Part shown: positions 37,931 to 48,245 of the stretch, one piece after another | How the letters are laid out: each line of letters opens with the position of its first letter | Numbering within the stretch: the stretch's first letter is position 1 | DNA from: Candidatus Omnitrophota bacterium | GTDB taxonomy: Bacteria; Omnitrophota; Gorgyraeia; Gygaellales; Profunditerraquicolaceae | Direction: 5' to 3' | Length of the DNA: 64,000 nt | Assembly (NCBI GenBank): GCA_016208765.1 | Contig: JACQXK010000001.1 | Coordinates: 128,218-192,217, forward strand | Notes under the pieces: model-generated | What the model was told of the DNA's origin: nothing | What the model saw: only the letters and a program-made list of their open reading frames with translations | The model's database searches: none | Translations under genes and position numbers: made by a program

Positions 37931-38677
37931 ATGATGAAATTAAAAGATAAGGTGGCGTTAATTACAGGCGGTGCGCGAGGAATCGGAAAATCAATTGCTT
38001 TAATGTTCGCCAAAGAAGGCGCGGATATTGTAATTGGCGACGTGAACCTTGAAGAAGCAGAGAAAACATGTAAAGAAATAGAGGCCCTGGGAAGAAAAAC
38101 CCTTGCTTTGCAGTTAGATGTGACAGATTTGGCAAAAGTGGAAGAAGCAATAAATAAAATTCTTGACAAATTTACAAAGGTTGATATATTAGTTAACAAT
38201 GCTGGGATAACTAAGGATAATTTACTGCTTAGAATGAACCCTGACCAGTGGGATGCAGTGTTAAATGTGAATTTAAAAGGCGCGTTTAACTGTATCAAGG
38301 CAGTGAGCAAGCCCATGATGAAGCAGAGAAGCGGTAAGGTTATAAATATTGCTTCAATTATAGGCATAATCGGTAATCCCGGGCAGGCAAACTACGCAGC
38401 TGCCAAAGCAGGTATGATTGCTCTTACAAAAACAGTAGCAAAAGAGTTCGCAAGCCGTAATATTACGGCAAACGCAGTCGCACCCGGTTTTATACAGACC
38501 GAGATGACAGCTAAGCTTCCGGAAGATATAAAGAATCAGATGAAGGGGGCAATACCGCTGGCAAGGTTCGGTAGTCCCGATGACGTGGCAAATACTTGTT
38601 TGTTTTTGGCGAGCGAAGATTCCAGTTATATTACCGGCCAGACGATCGTAGTTGATGGCGGTATGGTAATGGCGTAA
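37931..38677 (+). CDS. fabG: 3-oxoacyl-ACP reductase
   Basis: SDR motifs TGGARGIGK and NNAG, plus the Y/K catalytic pair in YAAAKAG. Confidence 0.95.
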   Translation: MMKLKDKVALITGGARGIGKSIALMFAKEGADIVIGDVNLEEAEKTCKEIEALGRKTLALQLDVTDLAKVEEAINKILDKFTKVDILVNNAGITKDNLLLRMNPDQWDAVLNVNLKGAFNCIKAVSKPMMKQRSGKVINIASIIGIIGNPGQANYAAAKAGMIALTKTVAKEFASRNITANAVAPGFIQTEMTAKLPEDIKNQMKGAIPLARFGSPDDVANTCLFLASEDSSYITGQTIVVDGGMVMA

Positions 38678-38695
38678 AGTTAAAAGGAGGAAATA

Positions 38696-38935
38696 ATGGC
38701 AGTGCAAGAAAAAGTTAAGTCAATTATCGCAGAGCAGTTAGGTGTTAAACCGGAAGAAGTAACCCCTGAAGCATCGTTTGTTGATGATTTAGGCGCAGAT
38801 TCTCTGGATACCGTTGAGTTGGTTATGGCTTTGGAAGAAGAGTTTGGAGTTGAAATTCCTGACGAGGATGCTGAAAAGATCACTACTGTCGGGGATGCTA
38901 TTAAGTATATTGAAGATAAGGCAACCAATAAATAA
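38696..38935 (+). CDS. acpP: Acyl carrier protein
   Basis: Phosphopantetheine-attachment motif [18 protein letters not shown]. Confidence 0.95.
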   Translation: MAVQEKVKSIIAEQLGVKPEEVTPEASFVDDLGADSLDTVELVMALEEEFGVEIPDEDAEKITTVGDAIKYIEDKATNK

Positions 38936-38951
38936 AATTTCTATATAAAAT

Positions 38952-39009
38952 ATTCCTTATTACCCCCGCCGACCTCCCGTTTCTTGCAAAACAAAAAACA
39001 GGGAAGAAG
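38952..39009. other. Stem-loop between acpP and fabF (possible attenuator or partial terminator)
   Basis: acccccgc ... gcgggggt arms flanking an A-rich loop. Confidence 0.3.
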
Positions 39010-39036
39010 CAGCGGGGGTAAAGTTTAATTAAGCTT

Positions 39037-40284
39037 ATGCATGAACATAGAGTAGTTGTTACAGGCTTAGGTGTAATTACTCCGGTCGGAAACGACATTT
39101 CTTCTTTTTGGAAGTCAATGGAAGAAGGTAAAAATGGCGTTGGGCCGTTGACGAGCTTTGATCCTGCCAAGTTTGATTCCCGTATCGCCGCAGAAGTAGA
39201 AGGTTTTGACCCCGCAAGTTACGGCATGTCATTTAAAGATATTAAACGTATGGATAAATTTGCGCAGTATGCCGTGGCTTCTGCGAAACAGGCAATTACT
39301 AATTCGGGAATTGATTTAGAAAAAGAAGACAGGACGCGGATTGGCGTTTTAATCGGCTCAGGTATCGGAAGTTTGCATACTATTGAGTTTGAACACAAGA
39401 ATATGCTGGATAAGGGCCCTTCAAGGATGTCGCCTTTTTTAATCCCTATGTTGATTGTAAATGCCGCAGCCGGGCAGGTTGGTATCTTTTTTGGATTAAA
39501 AGGGCCGAATTCCTGTGTTGCTACTGCTTGTGCTTCTGGTTCGCATGCGATTGGAGATGCGTTCCGGGTTATTGAGCGCGGAGATGCTGATGTAATGGTT
39601 ACCGGAGGCACTGAAAGTAGCGTTACTCCTACGGGTGTTGGCGGATTCTGTGCCTTAAAAGCATTATCTACAAGAAATGACCATCCGGAAAAAGCCAGCC
39701 GGCCATTTGACCGCGAGCGTAACGGTTTTGTTATGGCAGAGGGTTGCGGTTTGGTGATTTTGGAAAGTTTAGAGCATGCCAACAAAAGAGGGGCAAAAAT
39801 CTTAGCAGAGATTGTCGGTTATGGCATGTCTTGCGACGCATATCATATTACCGCGCCTGATCCTGGTGGCGAGGGAGCTGCGAGGGCAATGCTTTGGGCG
39901 CTTAAGGATGCTAATCTTAATCCCGAGGATGTTAATTATATCAATGCCCATGGCACCTCAACTAAATTAAATGATAAGATAGAAACCCTATCTATAAAAA
40001 AAGCCTTTGGTGCGCACGCCAAGAAAGTGATGATCTCCTCAACTAAATCTATGACCGGGCATCTCTTGGGTGCTGCAGGAGGGGTAGAGTTTGTGGTTTG
40101 CTGTTTGTCTTTAGCGCACGGAGTTATCCCGCCAACAATAAACTACGAATATCCGGATCCTGATTGCGACCTTGATTATGTGCCTAATAAGGCGCGTAAG
40201 GTAAATGTTGAGGTTTGCATGTCAAATTCATTGGGATTCGGCGGCCATAATGCCTCTCTTATTGTAAGAAAATTTATTAGTTAA
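39037..40284 (+). CDS. fabF: 3-oxoacyl-ACP synthase II
   Basis: Active-site Cys in ATACASGSHAIG. His-His motifs (HGTST, GHLLGAAG). Confidence 0.95.
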   Translation: MHEHRVVVTGLGVITPVGNDISSFWKSMEEGKNGVGPLTSFDPAKFDSRIAAEVEGFDPASYGMSFKDIKRMDKFAQYAVASAKQAITNSGIDLEKEDRTRIGVLIGSGIGSLHTIEFEHKNMLDKGPSRMSPFLIPMLIVNAAAGQVGIFFGLKGPNSCVATACASGSHAIGDAFRVIERGDADVMVTGGTESSVTPTGVGGFCALKALSTRNDHPEKASRPFDRERNGFVMAEGCGLVILESLEHANKRGAKILAEIVGYGMSCDAYHITAPDPGGEGAARAMLWALKDANLNPEDVNYINAHGTSTKLNDKIETLSIKKAFGAHAKKVMISSTKSMTGHLLGAAGGVEFVVCCLSLAHGVIPPTINYEYPDPDCDLDYVPNKARKVNVEVCMSNSLGFGGHNASLIVRKFIS

Positions 40285-40340
40285 TTAGTGAGCGGTTAAT
40301 TGCTGAGTGGTGAGTAGGCCAATTAACCAGTTAACCAACA
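40285..40340. repeat. ~55-nt intergenic repeat, copy 2
   Basis: ttagtgagcggttaattgctgagtggtgagtaggccaattaaccagttaaccaaca. Begins at the fabF stop codon, just as copy 1 begins at the rpmF stop. Confidence 0.6.
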
Positions 40341-41609
40341 ATGAATTATACAATTGCAGAAAAGATATTATTGGCTCACACCGGCTTAAAGCAAATTAAG
40401 CCGGGTGATTTTATTGAGGCTAAAGTTGATTTGGCACTTGGTAATGATATTACTGCGCCTATCGCCATAGAAGAATTTAAAAAGGCGGGTTTTTCCAAAG
40501 TATTCAACAAGAACAGAATTGTTTTGGTGCCGGATCATTTTGCTCCTGCAAAGGACCAAAAAAGCGCTAACCAGTGTAAGATCCTTGCGAATTTTGCCAA
40601 AGAGCAGAAAATTCAGAATTATTTTGAAATTGGCTGTATGGGAATTGAGCATGCGCTTTTGCCGGAAGTTGGTTTAGTCGGCCCGGGTGATTTAATTATT
40701 GGCGCAGATTCACATACATGCACTTATGGCGCGCTTGGCGCATATTCTACAGGTATCGGTTCAACTGACCTTGCCCGTTGTTTTGTGGATGGGAAAATTT
40801 GGTTAAAGGTGCCTCATTCCGTTAAGTTTGTATATAGAGGTAAATTGAATAAATGGGTAGGAGGTAAAGATCTGATTCTTTATACAATTGGACAGATTGG
40901 TGTTGATGGCGCGTTGTATAAAGCGATGGAATTTGCTGGGACGGTAATCAAAAAGCTTCCTATGGATGATCGTTTTTCCATGAGCAACATGGCAATTGAG
41001 GCAGGGGGCCGTGCAGGGATTATTGAGCCGGATGAAATTACAAGAGAATATGTGGCTAACCGTAAACCTTCGTCCAGAAAAGGCTGGAAGTTTTTTAGTT
41101 CAGATAAAGACGCAGCTTACGAGAAAATCTACGAATGGGATGTTACTAATCTTGAGCCGCAGGTTGCTTGTCCGCATTTACCCAGCAATGTAAAACCAGT
41201 AAGCGCTTTAAAAAGCGTTAAAATTGACCAGGTAGTAATTGGTTCATGCACTAACGGCAGGATTTCAGATTTAAGGATTGCCGCAAAGATCTTAAAGAAT
41301 AAGAAGGTGTCTGCGGGATTGAAATTAATTATTATTCCAGCTACCCAAAAAATATATTTACAGGCAGTAAAAGAAGGTTTAGCAGAAATTTTTGTAAAAG
41401 CAGGCGGGGTATTTTCTACGCCTACTTGCGGCCCGTGTTTAGGCGGGCATATGGGAATTTTAACTGAAGGAGAAGTTGCCCTGGCTACGACAAATCGTAA
41501 TTTTATCGGCCGCATGGGCAGCCCTAAATCTTTTGTTTATTTGTCTAATCCGGCGGTTGCCGCAGCAAGTGCAATTACGGGGAAGATCACGCATCCTGAT
41601 AAAATATGA
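40341..41609 (+). CDS. leuC: 3-isopropylmalate dehydratase large subunit (archaeal-type LeuC; homoaconitase not excluded)
   Basis: Aconitase-family Fe-S cluster cysteines (CTNGR, TPTCGPCLG). 422-aa short-type large subunit. Confidence 0.85.
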   Translation: MNYTIAEKILLAHTGLKQIKPGDFIEAKVDLALGNDITAPIAIEEFKKAGFSKVFNKNRIVLVPDHFAPAKDQKSANQCKILANFAKEQKIQNYFEIGCMGIEHALLPEVGLVGPGDLIIGADSHTCTYGALGAYSTGIGSTDLARCFVDGKIWLKVPHSVKFVYRGKLNKWVGGKDLILYTIGQIGVDGALYKAMEFAGTVIKKLPMDDRFSMSNMAIEAGGRAGIIEPDEITREYVANRKPSSRKGWKFFSSDKDAAYEKIYEWDVTNLEPQVACPHLPSNVKPVSALKSVKIDQVVIGSCTNGRISDLRIAAKILKNKKVSAGLKLIIIPATQKIYLQAVKEGLAEIFVKAGGVFSTPTCGPCLGGHMGILTEGEVALATTNRNFIGRMGSPKSFVYLSNPAVAAASAITGKITHPDKI

Positions 41610-42091
41610 TCATTAAAGGCAGAGTGCATAAATTCGGGGATGATATTAACACCGATGATATTATTTCGGCAAAATACCTTGTTTCTACAGATGCCAAAGA
41701 ATTAGGAAGGCATTGTATGGAGAGTATAAATCCCGATTTTGTAAGTCAGGTTAAAGAAGGTGATATTATTGTTGCCGGTAAGAATTTTGGCTGTGGCTCA
41801 AGCCGCGAACATGCGCCATTGGCAGTAAAGGGTTGCGGGGTGCATGCTGTAATTGCCAAGAGTTTTGCGGCAATATTCTTTCGTAATTCTATAAATATCG
41901 GGTTGCCTTTTTTGGAGTCGGAGGAAGTAGATAAAATTGATGAACAAGATGAATTAGAAATTGATTTAGCCAAAGGTTCAATCAAGAATTTAACGCAAAA
42001 TAAAGAATATAAAACACAGGCATTTCCTGAATTCCTGCAGGCGATTGTTGAGGATGGGGGCCTGATGAATTACGTGAAACGGAGAAAATAA
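41606..42091 (+). CDS. leuD: 3-isopropylmalate dehydratase small subunit (LeuD, short type)
   Basis: Aconitase swivel-domain motifs GDDINTDDII and FGCGSSREHA. Confidence 0.85.
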   Translation: MIIKGRVHKFGDDINTDDIISAKYLVSTDAKELGRHCMESINPDFVSQVKEGDIIVAGKNFGCGSSREHAPLAVKGCGVHAVIAKSFAAIFFRNSINIGLPFLESEEVDKIDEQDELEIDLAKGSIKNLTQNKEYKTQAFPEFLQAIVEDGGLMNYVKRRK

Positions 42092-43140
42092 TGCATAAAA
42101 TAGCAGTTATACCCGGAGACGGTACCGGCCCGGAAGTGGTGAATGAGGGATTGAAGGTATTGGGGGCAGCCGGAAAAAAGTTTAATTTTAAATATGAAAC
42201 AAAAATCTTTGATTTTAGCGGTGCGCGCTATTTAAAGACAGGAAAATTAGTTGAAGACGCTGATGTTGAGGCCCTAAAGAAATATGACGCTATTTACCTT
42301 GGGGCAGTAGGGCATCCTGACGTTAAACCGGGAATTTTGGAAACAAACGTGTTATTAAAATTGCGTTTTGCCTTGGATCAGTATATTAATTTACGTCCGG
42401 TAAAACTTTATAACTCAAATTACTGCCCATTAAAAGATAAAAAACCGGAAGACATAGATTTTGTGGTAGTAAGGGAAAATTCCGAGGGGCTTTACAAAGG
42501 AATGGGTGAGTTTCAGAATAAAGGAACTAAGGATGAAGTAGCGATCCAGATTTCTTATAACACGCGTAAAGGCGTAGAGCGTTGCTTGCGTTATGCATTT
42601 GAATTTACCCGTAAGCGCAATAAGAGAAAGAAGCTTACTCTTTGCGGAAAGACAAATGTCTTAACTTATGCCTGGGATCTTTGGGAGAGGACATTTAAGG
42701 AATTGGCAAAAGAATATCTAGATGTTACTACAGATTATGCGCACGTTGATGCTACAACGATGTGGTTTGTAAAGAATCCTGAATGGTTTGATGTTATTGT
42801 TACGGATAACATGTTCGGTGATATTATTACCGACTTAGGGGCAATGATACAAGGTGGTATGGGTATTGCCGCAGGAGGTAATATTAATCCCGGAGGTGTT
42901 TCAATGTTTGAGCCTATCGGTGGAAGCGCTCCTAAATATACAGGCCAAAATGTAATTAATCCTCTAGCTGCGATTTGCGCAGTTGGAATGATGCTTGAAA
43001 ACTTGGGTGAAGAGAAAGCCGCAAAAGCAATTGAGGACACGGTGATTAAACTTGTTTCAACTAAGCTTAAATCATTAGCTGCAGGTAAAATGGGCTATTC
43101 TACTACTCAGGTTGGGGATTTGGTGGTTGAGAATTTATAG
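42091..43140 (+). CDS. leuB: 3-isopropylmalate dehydrogenase (isocitrate/isopropylmalate DH family)
   Basis: Motifs [13 protein letters not shown] and [12 protein letters not shown]. Confidence 0.85.
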   Translation: MHKIAVIPGDGTGPEVVNEGLKVLGAAGKKFNFKYETKIFDFSGARYLKTGKLVEDADVEALKKYDAIYLGAVGHPDVKPGILETNVLLKLRFALDQYINLRPVKLYNSNYCPLKDKKPEDIDFVVVRENSEGLYKGMGEFQNKGTKDEVAIQISYNTRKGVERCLRYAFEFTRKRNKRKKLTLCGKTNVLTYAWDLWERTFKELAKEYLDVTTDYAHVDATTMWFVKNPEWFDVIVTDNMFGDIITDLGAMIQGGMGIAAGGNINPGGVSMFEPIGGSAPKYTGQNVINPLAAICAVGMMLENLGEEKAAKAIEDTVIKLVSTKLKSLAAGKMGYSTTQVGDLVVENL

Positions 43141-43154
43141 GGATAAATATTTAT

Positions 43155-44225
43155 ATGAAGAAGTATAATGTTGCTGTTGTTGGGGTAGGTGTTGTGGGGA
43201 TTGAGATGCTGCGCGTATTGCGCCAGCGAGATTTTCCTGTTAATCAATTAAAGGTTTTTGCGCGATCAGCGCGCGATATAGAAGTTGATGGGCAGAGATA
43301 TTCCGTTGAACCGATTTCTGCCGATGGTTTTAATGGCATTGATATTGCTTTGTTTGCCGGCACAGAGGGAGAAAAAGGCGCTGCGGTTACCTATGCTGCT
43401 GATGCGGTAAAGCGTGGCGCGGTAGTAATAGATAATGGCGCAGACTTTCGTATGGATCCAAAGGTGCCGCTGGTGGTCCCTGAGGTAAATGGCAAAGATG
43501 TTTACTCCGTTAGAAATTGGCTTATAAATGGTTCAAAAGATATTTCTAACGGGGCAAAAAAGCACAAAGGGATTATTGCTAATCCAAATTGTTCAACTAT
43601 TCAGATGGTCGTGGCATTATCGCCAATTCATAAGAAAGTAGGCATTAAAAGAATTATTGTTACTACCTTACAGGCTTCATCAGGTGCTGGAAAAAGCGCG
43701 GTTGAGCAACTAAAAGAAGAGACCGGTTTGATCTCAGGCGGCGGTTGTGAAAATGTGCATGTTAAGGCCCAGGCTAAAGGCATGCCGCAGCAATTAGCAT
43801 ATAATGTTTTTCCGCATATTGGCAGCCCTGCCGAATGTGATTATACAAATGAAGAATGGAAACTGGTAAAAGAGACCCATAAAATTATGCATGATGATAA
43901 AATTAAGATTTCCGCAACCACAGTCCGTGTTCCGGTCAGGACCGGGCACTCTGAAGCGGTTTATATTGAAACTAAAAAACCGATTGAACCGGATAAAGTC
44001 CGGCAATTATTAACTAAATCACCCGGGATCATTGTAATTGATGATTTGAAAAATAATCTCTATCCAATGCCTAAAGACGTAGAAGGCAAAGATGAAACTT
44101 TTGTCGGCCGCATCCGCAAAGACCCTTTTGTTAAAAATGGTTTGTGGTTATGGGTGGTGGCGGATAATCTGCGTAAGGGTGCGGCGACTAACGCCGTGCA
44201 GATTGCCGAAGAGCTTATCAAATGA
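43155..44225 (+). CDS. asd: Aspartate-semialdehyde dehydrogenase
   Basis: N-terminal Rossmann motif VAVVGVGVVG and catalytic Cys in IANPNCSTI. Confidence 0.9.
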   Translation: MKKYNVAVVGVGVVGIEMLRVLRQRDFPVNQLKVFARSARDIEVDGQRYSVEPISADGFNGIDIALFAGTEGEKGAAVTYAADAVKRGAVVIDNGADFRMDPKVPLVVPEVNGKDVYSVRNWLINGSKDISNGAKKHKGIIANPNCSTIQMVVALSPIHKKVGIKRIIVTTLQASSGAGKSAVEQLKEETGLISGGGCENVHVKAQAKGMPQQLAYNVFPHIGSPAECDYTNEEWKLVKETHKIMHDDKIKISATTVRVPVRTGHSEAVYIETKKPIEPDKVRQLLTKSPGIIVIDDLKNNLYPMPKDVEGKDETFVGRIRKDPFVKNGLWLWVVADNLRKGAATNAVQIAEELIK

Positions 44226-45031
44226 AATCTGTTGTTTTGGCATCCGGTGACCTTGCCGGCAGGCCCAAACGTAATCTTAAACTGCAAATTGAGTATGACG
44301 GCTCGCAGTATTCAGGCTGGCAAATACAAAATCACCAGCGTTCACCCGAAGCCCGCCGCAGGACCAAGAAAACAATTCAGCAAGTTTTAGAAAAAACTCT
44401 CCAGGAAATCTTGCAGCAGAAAATTAAGGTAATTGTTTCCGGTAGGACTGATGCCGGAGTGCATGCTTTAGCGCAGGTGGTTAATTTCTATACGATCTCA
44501 AAGATTCCTCTTGAGAGATTGCAACTGGCCGTTAATTCATTGCTTCCGCATGATATTGTGGTTACAAAAATAGAAGATGTTCCTGAGTCTTTTCACAGCC
44601 GGTTTTCTGCAAAAAGCAAGATCTATCGTTATATAATTCTAAATCGTAAATACTCTTCGGCTTTACTTAAGAACACGGTTTTTTTCTTTCCGCATACTCT
44701 TAATGTTGGCTTGATGCAAAAAGAGGCAAGAGTGCTTTTGGGAAGGCATGATTTTAAGTGTTTTCAGACATCTGAAAAAAAAGAAAAGAACACTGTGCGC
44801 ATAATTAAGAAGATCTCTATCAGGAAAAACAAGGATTTTATTAATATAGAAATTGAGGCAAACGGGTTTCTTTATAACATGGTGCGAAATATTGTGGGCA
44901 CTTTAATTGAAATTGGAAGAGGAAAACTCCCGCCAAATAGTATGAAAAAGATACTTGTTTCTAAAAATCGCATTTACGCCGGCCCCATTGTTCCCAGTCA
45001 AGGCTTGTGCCTTATTAAGGTAAAGTATTAA
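44222..45031 (+). CDS. truA: tRNA pseudouridine(38-40) synthase TruA
   Basis: Catalytic Asp motif GRTDAGVHA. Confidence 0.9.
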   Translation: MKSVVLASGDLAGRPKRNLKLQIEYDGSQYSGWQIQNHQRSPEARRRTKKTIQQVLEKTLQEILQQKIKVIVSGRTDAGVHALAQVVNFYTISKIPLERLQLAVNSLLPHDIVVTKIEDVPESFHSRFSAKSKIYRYIILNRKYSSALLKNTVFFFPHTLNVGLMQKEARVLLGRHDFKCFQTSEKKEKNTVRIIKKISIRKNKDFINIEIEANGFLYNMVRNIVGTLIEIGRGKLPPNSMKKILVSKNRIYAGPIVPSQGLCLIKVKY

Positions 45032-45086
45032 TAATTCTACCCTTAATCTTCTTTACTTTTCCTGAGCCCGGATTATAATAAAATCT

Positions 45087-46802
45087 ATGCCGGACAGGGA
45101 TAATATCCAAATTGGCCAGATTTTGATTGATGAAGGTTTAATTACTGCCGAACAGCTTGAGGCAGGCTTACGTGAGCAAAAGAAGGATAGCGCATTTATC
45201 TGCACTACCCTTGTAAAGTTGGGTTTTCTCCAGGAAGAAAAAGTCTTTAAAGTCCTTTCCCGCCATTTAAATATTCCTTATTCTAAGCTTAATGAACGCG
45301 AAATAGACCCTTTAATTATCCAAAAGGTTCCGGCAAAGTTTGCCAGCCACTATAAAATTATTCCTATAGGATTTGATGGCTCGTCTTTGCTTGTAGCTAT
45401 GACTGATCCTTTGGATGTGCGCACGCTTGACGATATCAGATTGCTTCTTGGTGTTGAGGTAAGGGGAGTGCTTGCCTCAGAAACAGAGATCATGGATGCT
45501 ATCCGTAAATATTACGGAGTTGGTGCGGATACTTTGGAGAAAATTGTTTCTGAAAAAAGCGCTTTTGAAGAATTAAGAGTTCAGGCGCAGGAAGTACAGG
45601 ATTTGGAAACAATGGCTGAGGACGCCTCAATTATAAAGTTTGTGAATCAAATTTTGTCCGAGGCGGTTAAAGAAAGGGCAACCGATATCCATCTGGAGCC
45701 ATTCCAGGATGAATTGCGCGTGCGTTTTCGTATTGACGGTATTCTTTATGATATTAATATTCCTGAAACAATTAAATATTTTCATCCGGCAATAGTCTCG
45801 CGCATTAAAATTATGGCAGCGCTTAATATTGCTGAGCGCCGTTTACCTCAGGACGGAAGGATTAAGGTAAAAGTTATTGATTACGAACTTGATTTGCGCG
45901 TTTCTACTATGCCGACTATTTTTGGAGAGGCAGTGCAGATCAGGTTATTAAGCTCAGGTATGTTTTTGGAGCTTGAGAAATTGGGCCTTATGCCTGAGGA
46001 TATGAAAATAATTGAATCAGTGATTAAAAAGCCTCACGGTATATTATTTGTTACCGGGCCGACTGGTTCCGGTAAATCAACAACTTTGTATGCCTGCCTT
46101 GCCAGGATAAATTCCAGTGCAGTAAAAATTATCACTATTGAGGACCCGGTTGAATACCAGCTTAGAGGAATAAATCAGGTTCAGGTTAATCCGCAGATAG
46201 GTTTTACTTTTGCAGCTGCCCTTCGCCATATGCTGCGCCACGATCCGGATGTTATGATGGTCGGCGAGGTGCGTGATTATGAAACTGCTGAGATAGCAAT
46301 AAGAAGCGCTTTAACAGGGCATTTTGTTTTTTCAACGCTTCATACAAATGATGCGGCAGGCGCAATTACCCGTTTATTAGATATGAATATTGAGCCGTTC
46401 TTGGTTTCTTCTTCGCTGGAATGCCTCGTTGCACAGAGGCTTGTGCGCGTGATTTGCCCGAAATGTAAGGTTGCAGTTAAAGCTGAAGCAAGGAAAGAGA
46501 TCTTTTCTCAGATTAAAGATATTGAATTTAATCCAAAGAAAGCAGGGCTTTATGAGGGTAAAGGCTGTGAATACTGTCATTTTACCGGATATAGAGGAAG
46601 AAGCGCTATATATGAAATTCTGGTAGTTAATGAAGCGATCAGAGAGATGATCTTAGCCCGCGCTTCCAGCCAGCAAATCAAACAAAAAGCCGTTTCTCAA
46701 GGGATGCGCACGCTGCGTCAAAATGGGTTGCAGAAAGTTTTTATGGGAGAGACCACTTTTACAGAGGTGGTCCGTGTAACACAGCAAGAAGAATTACCTT
46801 AA
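45087..46802 (+). CDS. gspE: Type II secretion / type IV pilus assembly ATPase (GspE/PilB family) with an N-terminal T2SSE_N domain
   Basis: T2SSE_N-like N-terminal domain. Walker A GPTGSGKST. Asp and His boxes. Tetracysteine CPKC...CEYC zinc motif. Confidence 0.9.
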   Translation: MPDRDNIQIGQILIDEGLITAEQLEAGLREQKKDSAFICTTLVKLGFLQEEKVFKVLSRHLNIPYSKLNEREIDPLIIQKVPAKFASHYKIIPIGFDGSSLLVAMTDPLDVRTLDDIRLLLGVEVRGVLASETEIMDAIRKYYGVGADTLEKIVSEKSAFEELRVQAQEVQDLETMAEDASIIKFVNQILSEAVKERATDIHLEPFQDELRVRFRIDGILYDINIPETIKYFHPAIVSRIKIMAALNIAERRLPQDGRIKVKVIDYELDLRVSTMPTIFGEAVQIRLLSSGMFLELEKLGLMPEDMKIIESVIKKPHGILFVTGPTGSGKSTTLYACLARINSSAVKIITIEDPVEYQLRGINQVQVNPQIGFTFAAALRHMLRHDPDVMMVGEVRDYETAEIAIRSALTGHFVFSTLHTNDAAGAITRLLDMNIEPFLVSSSLECLVAQRLVRVICPKCKVAVKAEARKEIFSQIKDIEFNPKKAGLYEGKGCEYCHFTGYRGRSAIYEILVVNEAIREMILARASSQQIKQKAVSQGMRTLRQNGLQKVFMGETTFTEVVRVTQQEELP

Positions 46803-46823
46803 GTACTGAGCTATCAATAAATA

Positions 46824-48032
46824 ATGCCAACATTTAATTATACCGCAAAACCGGCTCCAGATAAAACAACTACCGGGAAGATTGAGGCGGAATCTCAGCA
46901 GGATGCAATTAATAAATTAACTGTTTCCGGTTTATATCCGATTTCTGTTTCACCGGAAGATTTTTCTGCAGAAAGCCGAAAGTTCCTTTCATTTAAGAAG
47001 GTTTCCAAAAAAGACTTAGTCTTGTTTACCGGGCAGCTTTCCGGTTTGGTTGAATCCGGAGTTAATATTGTTAACGCGCTAAAAATTATCTCCGGGCAAT
47101 CTCATAACAAAAACCTGAAGTCAATCTTAAATGACATTATCTCCAGGATAAAAGACGGAAATTCTTTATCAGAAAGTTTGTCAGCGCACAAATATTTATT
47201 TTCTGGACTTTATTCGGCAGTTGTCCGCACAGGTGAGGCAAGCGGTAATTTAAAAAGCGCCTTAAAAGGTTTGGCGGTGTTTTTGGAGAAAGAAGAGGAG
47301 TTTAGGGATTCTTTGGTTTCAAGCCTTATTTATCCTGCGTTTGTCATCTTTGTGGGGACGATGACAGTCCTTGGGTTATTGGTTTTTGTTATTCCCCGGC
47401 TCGTCTCTATGTTTGAAGATATGGGGCAGGCATTACCGCTTCCTACGCTCATTTTAATTAATATTTCAAGTTTTATACGCCATTACTGGTGGTTAATTAT
47501 GGTTGTGGCCTCTTTAGTTGTGTTTTTGTTGCGCAGGTTCTATGAGTCTCCCGGGGTAAAAGTAAGTTTTGATAAATTTAAGCTTGGTTTAACTATCGCA
47601 GGGCCCCTGATACTAAAGGCGCAAATAAGCCGTATGATGCGAACTTTATCTTTATTACTTTCAAGCGGTATTCCTATCTCAGCTTCTCTTGAGGTTTCAG
47701 CAACAGTTTTGGATAATCATGTTTTACGGCAGGAGGTGGATAAATTTAAAGAGCAAATCTCAAGAGGAGCCAGTTTATCCAGCGCATTAAAAACTTCGGA
47801 GTTTTTTCCTGAGTTTGTCACTAATGTCGTATCAATTGGCGAGGAGTCCGGTTCTTTGGATAAAGCTCTGGCACGCATTGCCGGAGAGTATGAAAAGGAA
47901 GTGGACAGGATGTTAAAAACATTGACAAGAATGACTGAGCCGGTAATAATTTTGGTAATGGGTTTAGTGGTAGGTTTTATTGTGTTGGCAATGTTGTTAC
48001 CGATTTTTCAGATAAATTTAATTGCAAGATAG
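46824..48032 (+). CDS. gspF: Type II secretion / T4P platform protein (GspF/PilC family)
   Basis: Two GspF repeats and three TM segments. Confidence 0.9.
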   Translation: MPTFNYTAKPAPDKTTTGKIEAESQQDAINKLTVSGLYPISVSPEDFSAESRKFLSFKKVSKKDLVLFTGQLSGLVESGVNIVNALKIISGQSHNKNLKSILNDIISRIKDGNSLSESLSAHKYLFSGLYSAVVRTGEASGNLKSALKGLAVFLEKEEEFRDSLVSSLIYPAFVIFVGTMTVLGLLVFVIPRLVSMFEDMGQALPLPTLILINISSFIRHYWWLIMVVASLVVFLLRRFYESPGVKVSFDKFKLGLTIAGPLILKAQISRMMRTLSLLLSSGIPISASLEVSATVLDNHVLRQEVDKFKEQISRGASLSSALKTSEFFPEFVTNVVSIGEESGSLDKALARIAGEYEKEVDRMLKTLTRMTEPVIILVMGLVVGFIVLAMLLPIFQINLIAR

Positions 48033-48043
48033 GAGGAAAGCAA

Positions 48044-48245
48044 ATGCAGAATAACCGCAGGGGTTCGCTCAAATCCCGGAAATTTACCTACCTGGAAGGG
48101 GTCATATTTAAAAAAAGAGCCAAAGGACCCGTGGGGCAATCTTTATCATTATAAATCTCCCGGTTCCCGTAACAGCGACTATGATCTTTATTCTTCCGGT
48201 CCCAATGCCGTTGAAGGTGATAGTGACGATGTCGGAAACTGGTAA
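48044..48245 (+). pseudogene. gspG: Remnant of the major pseudopilin GspG (C-terminal ~45 codons only, out of frame with the upstream ATG)
   Basis: In one frame the sequence translates as ...KEPKDPWGNLYHYKSPGSRNSDYDLYSSGPNAVEGDSDDVGNW*, which is the conserved GspG C-terminus. That frame has no start codon back to the gspF stop. The ATG at 48044 has a GGAGGA RBS but is in another frame and terminates after 36 codons. The frames would join with a -1 shift in the A7 run at 48113-48119. The N-terminal prepilin helix is absent from every frame. Confidence 0.55.

Noticed and set aside
37861-38367. 168-aa minus-strand ORF spanning the fabD/fabG junction
   Set aside because: Antisense to fabG, with no supporting features.
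39219-39785. 188-aa minus-strand ORF inside fabF
   Set aside because: Antisense to fabF; a spurious long ORF typical of the opposite strand of conserved genes.
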